Of a stretch of DNA of 64,000 nucleotides, positions 57,451 through 64,000 are shown in pieces (position 1 is the stretch's first letter; each line of letters begins with the position of its first letter). The DNA lies in the NCBI GenBank assembly GCA_002269645.1, contig NIVC01000010.1:1798001-1862000 (forward strand). Direction: 5' to 3'. The translations under genes and the position numbers were made by a program. Under the pieces are notes generated by a model that was not told where the DNA came from, did no database searches, and was given only the letters and a program-made list of their open reading frames with translations. This stretch comes from Macrostomum lignano. Taxonomy: Eukaryota.

Positions 57451-58664
57451 AGCTGCCATCAGCAGGAATGAGATCATACTATGATCACGCAAGTTCGGTG
57501 CGATAAAAATTCAAGTCATTTATCAACGTATCCTGACAGGGGGTTGTATCGCTTATAAAAATTATTAGGGCATCATCGAATTATTTGCTGGCCTCCTTCG
57601 CGCTCACGGAATTTCTATAGTTGGTGAGGCGACCCTCTTTGCATGTACATCAGGAATGAAAACTATTTTATGTGCATGGAACAGGGCAAGAAGAACTAAA
57701 AATCCCTTCCAAATAATGGCGAACAATAGAAAGCAGAGAGGAGAACTCGAATGGGGGTATAGTTGGCAGGGCCTCACTACATGACTAAACAGCGAGATAA
57801 AAAGGCTGGGAAGAGAAGAGGCGGTCTTTCAGTCACCCTCCGACCACCTCACACAGATCGATCGATATTCGAGATGGGGTGAGGGGCACGGGGAGTTACT
57901 CTGCGAATTTCCTTTTCCCTTGGTTCCCTGCTTTTGCCCGTGACAGCGAACTCGAGCTTCATAAACCTCGTAGAACACACAGGCGATATAGAAGTCTCAC
58001 ATCACACGTCTCACACTCCCAAAATGGGACAGATTTGACCAACTCAGACGGATTCGTTCTAAAGACAGCTGAGTAAAAAACACGAAAATCTAAGTGTAAT
58101 TTACCGTCATCTTACCGCGCTCACAACTGTATATTCGATTTTTCTCGAATTGCTCGTATCTCTAGATTTATAAGATAAATTTTGCTGATCAAATATTCCA
58201 TGACTCACATTTAGTTCTCCATAGACTCCCAGAAAAGAATTCGCAATCGGTGACAACAATGTCTCAGTAAATGACTGGCAGAGAGAAGCCAAAAGAAAAG
58301 AAAGGTTTGCGGGCCTATATAATTGCGTCATCCCGTGGGCCGTCGGTTTGGGACCCCAAGAGTATATAGATTTGGGATTGAAACCTTTCGTGTTAATGCT
58401 TGTTAATGCTTTGCATCCATACCTTTGCTCAGTTAAACAAAACAGACTACGGGACTCAATTGTCCCCTGGATATGCTATGTGCATGTGGAATCATTTTTA
58501 TACATTGTGCACGGATAAAACCTTGGAGGAAACCATTTCTCACTGGTGTTCCGTGCCTCCCTACCTCCCAATAGGGTGAATCCCTTCCCAGAGTTTCAAG
58601 AATACCCCCTCTCCCTCTCTCTCACTCTTTCTCTCTTTCTCTCCCTTCTTCTCATTATTGCTTA

Positions 58665-60140
58665 GCGGCGGCTTCAAAAAGAGATACTCAAAACTTTTAG
58701 TTTGAAACCTTTGCAAAAATATCACTCACTTTGTATGCATTTTATAATTGCGGGAGGGCAACGGACCCCAAACAGCCTCTCTCCTCTTTCATTCTCACTT
58801 CTCCCTGCCGCCTCTCTTCTTCTCTCTGTCTCCTCTCTCCTTTTCTATGCCGCCCCTTCTCCTTCCATCTCTATGTTTCTCTCCTTGTTTTTAATAAAAA
58901 AGCGCTTCAATATTTCAGCATTTGATTTTCGGTGACGTAATGGCCTGACTTAAAAAATTTAGTCAAAGATTATTCAAGCACTTAAGGCTATATGATAACT
59001 AGCAAGTATGGCTTTTGTAGTGATCCGCTAGTTTAGTGTTAGGCGTCGCACTTTGTCAGCAGTTGCCCTTGCCCTCGCCCTCGCCCTGGGTTGCTGTCTG
59101 CCGCTGGTCAGCTTCCCGCCTCCCTCCTTTTGGCTGTCTGTTGCTCCTCCCTTCCCTACCTCTGCCCGTTTGCCCTTCGTTTCTCACCGCTCAGCTTCTC
59201 TGCTGTGGGCTGTCTTTGTTTCGTCAGTCTCTGTTTCTCCTGTCATGTGAGCCAGTCACATGACATGATGACAGGCCTCTCGTTCTTGGAGTCCTAAAGT
59301 GCAGTAAACAAGTTATTGCACTCGCTGGTCCTGTTTACTGGGAGAGTCACGTGCTTAAGGCCCCTCCCTTCTCTAAGGAGAGGAGTGATTCATGTTGCTA
59401 AAAATAGCTACTGAATCACAGCCGCGTGTACTCTGCCCGAAGACCCCAAGTGACGTCAGTTCTAAAAATAGAACGAGTCACGAGATCTTGTGCAATATTG
59501 GGCCAGAGGTGAATCCCGCGCTATAAATAGGACCCCTCTCCCCCTTGTTCCGTCAAGGAGTTCCTAGTTTTCAGCGTTTCTGAGTGTCTGTGCTGAGCGA
59601 CCGTTCTCTAAGTGTTTGCGTATATTGAGCTCTCTCTCCTATTGGTCTGACTGCGACCCTACTAAAGCCAACCCTAGCCTAAGAGAGACTAACACAGCCC
59701 TCCCTGTACCAACCAAGCCCGGCAGGTACTGCTGACGAGACGCCTGAGCTGCAAATCTGCACGTCGTGCTGAGTTCGTTGACTTGTTTATTTCGTTCCGA
59801 CAGGAAGCTCACCTCATCGAAGGCCGAGACCTGAAGGAACTGGTGGCAGCACTACCTACATGTACGCTACGAAGAGCTACGAAGACTTCCCACGGAAGAA
59901 GAGGCCCGAGACTTAAGGTAAACTTAAGGGCGTTAAAGCGGGAAGCATAGAGCATTCTACTTCACTTTAAATCTCGTTCATAATGTGCTACTAAGGAAAA
60001 AGTAGCATGTCAAGGAGGAATTTGGTCCATCCAATCCCCATCGGCCCAGCCATGCAATAGGAGCGCATTTCACACAGTTTTCCATAGAATTCCGCGGCCG
60101 TTTCGCGGGAATTTGGACCCTTTCCGCGGACCCAACTGTA
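58665..60140 (-). mobile_element. Dispersed repeat copy B (inverted relative to copy A), split by a solo LTR
   Basis: 58665-59015 and 59965-60140 match the reverse complement of 56263-57450. Confidence 0.65.
59016..59964 (+). mobile_element. Solo LTR (949 bp), probably Ty3/gypsy-type
   Basis: TGTAG...TTCA termini; 4 bp TSD CTTT at 59012-59015 and 59965-59968; paralog copy A shows the empty site with a single AAAG at 56344-56347; TATA box CTATAAATAGGA at 59521. Confidence 0.8.
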
Positions 60141-61589
60141 TAGCTATAATTAGAGTATATATTTATGGGAGATTGACTTGGTCCTACTAGGGGGAGATCG
60201 CGCGGCGATCCCGTGAGAAAACAAAACGATGCAAGGGGAAGAAAACCAGTAAATTATAATTAAGACACCAAGCAGCATACGATGCCACTCAGGGCTCAAA
60301 ACGGGCTCCTATTTATAGCCTTGGCATGACATTGAATGCCATAATTGACGTCCTGTATGTCCTTGACATCCGTTAACCAAAGCAACCCTGATGATCTGAC
60401 GTAACCCGCCAGCCGCGCGCGCTGTGATTTGACAAGAAATTTGGATCGGGTGCAGCAGAGAAAATGAATGATGATGGGGGATTACCTAACACAGGCGGCG
60501 AAAAGCTTCGGAAGATAGATCGTCATGCGCGCGTCAAGCACTGCAGACCACCACAGATACTCCAAATGACATTTGGAGGGATCGTAAAAGCAGCAGGGGA
60601 TCTCACAAGCGGGTCAAATTTCAGACTTACATGTACTGGTACTATAATCACAAATGACAATATCATTCTAACGCATTCTCAAAACGTTTAAAGATGCAGG
60701 GTTCCGGTTGTTGGTGGTTCAATATAGCTTCGCCATTACCTTTACACATGTGTACATGTAAATCCAACAGATTGATTCCTTTAATTGCATGTAGCGGACA
60801 ATGTTAAATACCTATACAGTGGACGACGCCCATATAATATAACACGGCGCCATGCAATACATGTACACACTACTAAAGGGGCCGGGGGCGCCATACTGAT
60901 CGAGCGAATTGAGGGCGGTACGTGTGTGAGGACGTTTTAAAGCAAAAGGAAACAGGGCGCCATCATCGCCAGCCTCAAGAAAAGGGGCGGCCCCCCGCCA
61001 ACCCCCCCCCCTATATTCACCTCTGCCTGCAAGGTATGCCTGCTGCAGCTCAATCTACTCAAGCTACTCGATCGTAACATTATTGTTACTCTCCTCCTTC
61101 CTAGAGGGGTTATCGCAAAGAGGGGTATGCAGTCACTACCTCCTTCCTAGTCTCATACCTTCCTTGCTATTATGATACCTTCATTGTTACTCTTGTACCT
61201 TTCCCCTTTTTTCATAGCCTCCTCATCTCGACTGGTATCAGAACGCGACATATTTAAACTAGAAACTTAATTTCTCATAGACTCAAAACGAAAATTTTAA
61301 CACGTTTAAAATAATTAATAAAATTATTTTCTAGAAAATTTTTTTTGCATTTAGGATCTACAAATTGTGTAAAAAGGTATTGGAAGAAATTGTTTTAATA
61401 TTTTATTTAAATAATTGTTTTCTAATAAATTTATCAAATTTAAAATTTAGTTAGATAATTAAAAGATTTTTATATATACAATGACCGGTTTTTTAGTTCC
61501 AGTTCCCGTTCCCGATAAGAAAAAAATACCAAAAAGATCGATTTAGCAAAAACAATTAAATGTAGAACGATTTTTGAAATCGTTCTAAA

Positions 61590-61990
61590 GTCTGTGTATA
61601 TATAAAAATCAGCTTCACAGACCTTACTGTTGCTTCAGTGCACGTCTGAGGTCTCCAATATTGCATAGCGACTAGCGTGATGTTGAAACGTTAGAAACTG
61701 TAGGATTTCGCATACAGGCCAAATAAATATGCCCCTGGAACTACGACATACCCAACAACAACTGTTAACCAAATTTATTTAGAGATACAGAGATACAGAT
61801 GGAGATACAGAAATATTGTAAAAGGATTGTAGAAGAAAAATTGTATCTCCAATCTCCATAGTGTTTTTAGGCATTGTGAAGTTTAGGGCTTGCGAAATTT
61901 AGGGCTTGTCAAATTTATAGTTTATTGTAGGAGTTCACTTGCAAGATACATACAGACAGACAAAAAACACATCAGTTTTAGTATTAGGAT
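61590..61990 (+). mobile_element. Possible short Helitron/HINE-like remnant
   Basis: Repeated AATTTAGGGCTTG / GTCAAATTT modules followed by ACATACAGACAGACA, echoing the 3' end of the 5.6 and 13 kb elements. Confidence 0.3.
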
Positions 61991-62116
61991 GCATTCTGAT
62001 GCAAGTTTTGTTTTTCATGTTGTGTAATTTAGAGCTTATAATAAAAGTTTGTGTCTTGTGATCCTAATTGGCAGAAAAACTAGCATGCTCTTATAGACAA
62101 TCACAATATGTGGCCC

Positions 62117-63375
62117 CCATAGTCAGGATCATGCTAAGTGTGCGCCAGAAGCCCATACTCAAGAAGGTGGCCTGCACGCGGGAATTTTCCCGCGTGCACA
62201 AGCCACGCTAAAATTTTGGCGTGCAAAGTTGGCGTGCAAATAGGGGTCTCAAGCCACGTCTAAATTTTCAGCGTACAAGTTTTTTACTTGGCATGTAACC
62301 TTGGCATGCAATTACAAACTGACAGTATATCAACAAGTCAGATATAGATGTATACACTATATATATACAATATATAAAGTTAAACGTGAACAATTGAATT
62401 TGAATATTGATTAAACCAACTAGTTGAGGCTACAGCCTAGCCTATAGCCAGGCCTACACTCTACAGCCTACATTAAAATTAAAATATCCAATAACTTTTA
62501 AACACTCTTATTTTGTGACTCTTGTAGACTTTTAGTTTATTTGTTTCTTGAAATGTGAAGAAAAAGTTTTTGATACTCACTATGTTCTTTGTAGCGAATT
62601 TCCTTTTTTTATATAAACTTTGTTTAACGTAAGTAGAAAATTTATTTAAAAATAGTATCTAATACGGTATACACAATTTTTGGCGTACATGATTTTTGGT
62701 ATTCAAGATTTTTGGCATGCAACAGAAATGTCATGTTAAGGGTTTAAAAAAATTGGCGTACATCGGCGTGCACCAGGGATTTTTCCATAAATTGATTCCC
62801 GCGTGCACTTGCCACCTTCCTGACTATGGCCAGAAGCCACCCCAAAAATTTTTTTGGTGTGCGCCAGCTAGCCTGCCAGGTATGCTAGGCAAAATGCACA
62901 AGTGCACCAGGTGCGCCAGTCCTAAATCCTAATTGCAATATATTGTAAGTTATAATGTTTGTGTAATTATAAGTAAAAATTATAAATTGAAGATTTGCAG
63001 ATTAATGTTTTTAATTTCAAAAATAAAGAATAAAAAGGAGAAATAAAACACAATTTAAAGAATATTTTAAATGAAGCAATGGTTGTCAATTGTCATTACA
63101 ATATATTTGCGAAATCATTGTTATATCATTGTTGTGCAAAATTTCATGCTTCATGTACTTTATGTTCTTTGATTTTGTCTTTCGCAATAGCCATGGCACA
63201 GCTTCCTCCAGCCAGTGTGCGCCATGCATGTGCGCCATGCAGTGTGCACCAATTGTATATATGCCAAGGTGTATGCCAGAGGACCTTTTTAAAAATTTTG
63301 TGCACTAAGTGTACGTTAGCTGTCCCAAATGTGCGCCAGAAATTTCTGGCATACATGACATGATCCTGAGTGTGG
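62117..63375. mobile_element. Outer TIR element of the CCATAG family, containing a nested MITE
   Basis: Ends CCATAGTCAGGATCATG / CATGATCCTGAGTGTGG (14 of 17 match); subterminal GTGCGCCA motifs; no TSD recognised. Confidence 0.5.
62153..62829. mobile_element. MITE with exact 8 bp TSD
   Basis: TIRs CCATACTCAAGAAGGTGGCCTGCACGCGGG / CCCGCGTGCACTTGCCACCTTCCTGACTATGG; TSD CCAGAAGC at 62145-62152 and 62830-62837. Confidence 0.75.
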
Positions 63376-64000
63376 CAAAAAACTAAACTAGGATTTTGCA
63401 ATCTCTATTCCTGCAAAAGCAAAGGCTAGTGTTGTTACTAAAGTGGAGATACTTTGTTACCAAAGTGTATATTACCAAAGTGGGCTCTAGGCTGTCTCTA
63501 AAGAGATATAGCCTAGGCTTTGAAAGATAATTAGGCCTAGGCTAATAATAAGAATATCAATAGAATCAAAAACAATATAGGCCTAGGTGCTAGGCCTAAG
63601 CCTTGACATAATAAATATATAGGTATATTATTAATATTAGGCCTAGGCTAAACAGAATAAAACAATTATAAATTTAAACTTAGACAGTCTTACTCTTAGT
63701 TATTTCATTGATTGATAATAATAATAATAATTAAATTTGCAATTGTAAACCTTTGGTTTGTACACAAGTTTAGTAAGTGTGTAAACACATCTGCCATATA
63801 GTAAAAGTGGGGTAAAACAGGCAAATTTTTTTACTTAAGTATATTTATAGGGTTCTTAGTCATTTCATCATTTGCCATTTCATCATCTAGGATGTCTGCA
63901 GTGCTCACCTTGACTAGGGTTAGTTCGTCATCTTAATTAGCATGCACTACGGTGGCCCCTTAGATCAAATCATTTTTTATTTCCCTGAATAGGCCTATTA

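Noticed and set aside
61233-61244. TGGTATCAGAAC resembling a tRNA-iMet primer-binding site
   Set aside because: Not preceded by a CA LTR end and not followed by a gag-like ORF; a 10-mer match in 64 kb is plausible by chance.

Overview
Eukaryotic (metazoan) genomic DNA. No rRNA, tRNA or CRISPR was seen. The texture (compact GC-rich exons, nearly every larger intron and intergenic gap filled by its own 19-43 bp minisatellite) suggests a free-living flatworm such as Macrostomum, but that is inference only. The window has three domains. (1) 1-20.2 kb is AT-rich and transposon-derived: nested TIR elements with intact TSDs, two ~3-3.6 kb Helitron/HINE-like copies, a foldback element and a mariner fossil. 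(2) 20.3-55.9 kb is gene-rich: a CD39-type NTPDase (+), cactin (+), an atypical rhodopsin-class GPCR (-), two low-confidence orphan gene models and 19 distinct tandem arrays. (3) 55.9-64 kb is TE-rich again: an inverted repeat pair, a solo LTR with TSD and nested MITEs. Best leads: the NTPDase splices in frame to an N-terminal ubiquitin/SUMO-like exon and ends in a LAMP-like GYVTI tail, an architecture I do not know from CD39 enzymes; and cactin has no in-frame ATG ahead of its conserved N-terminal region but has phase-0 acceptors that would fit a spliced-leader-donated AUG. All gene models were built by hand from GT-AG phase compatibility and motif recognition. No database searches were run.
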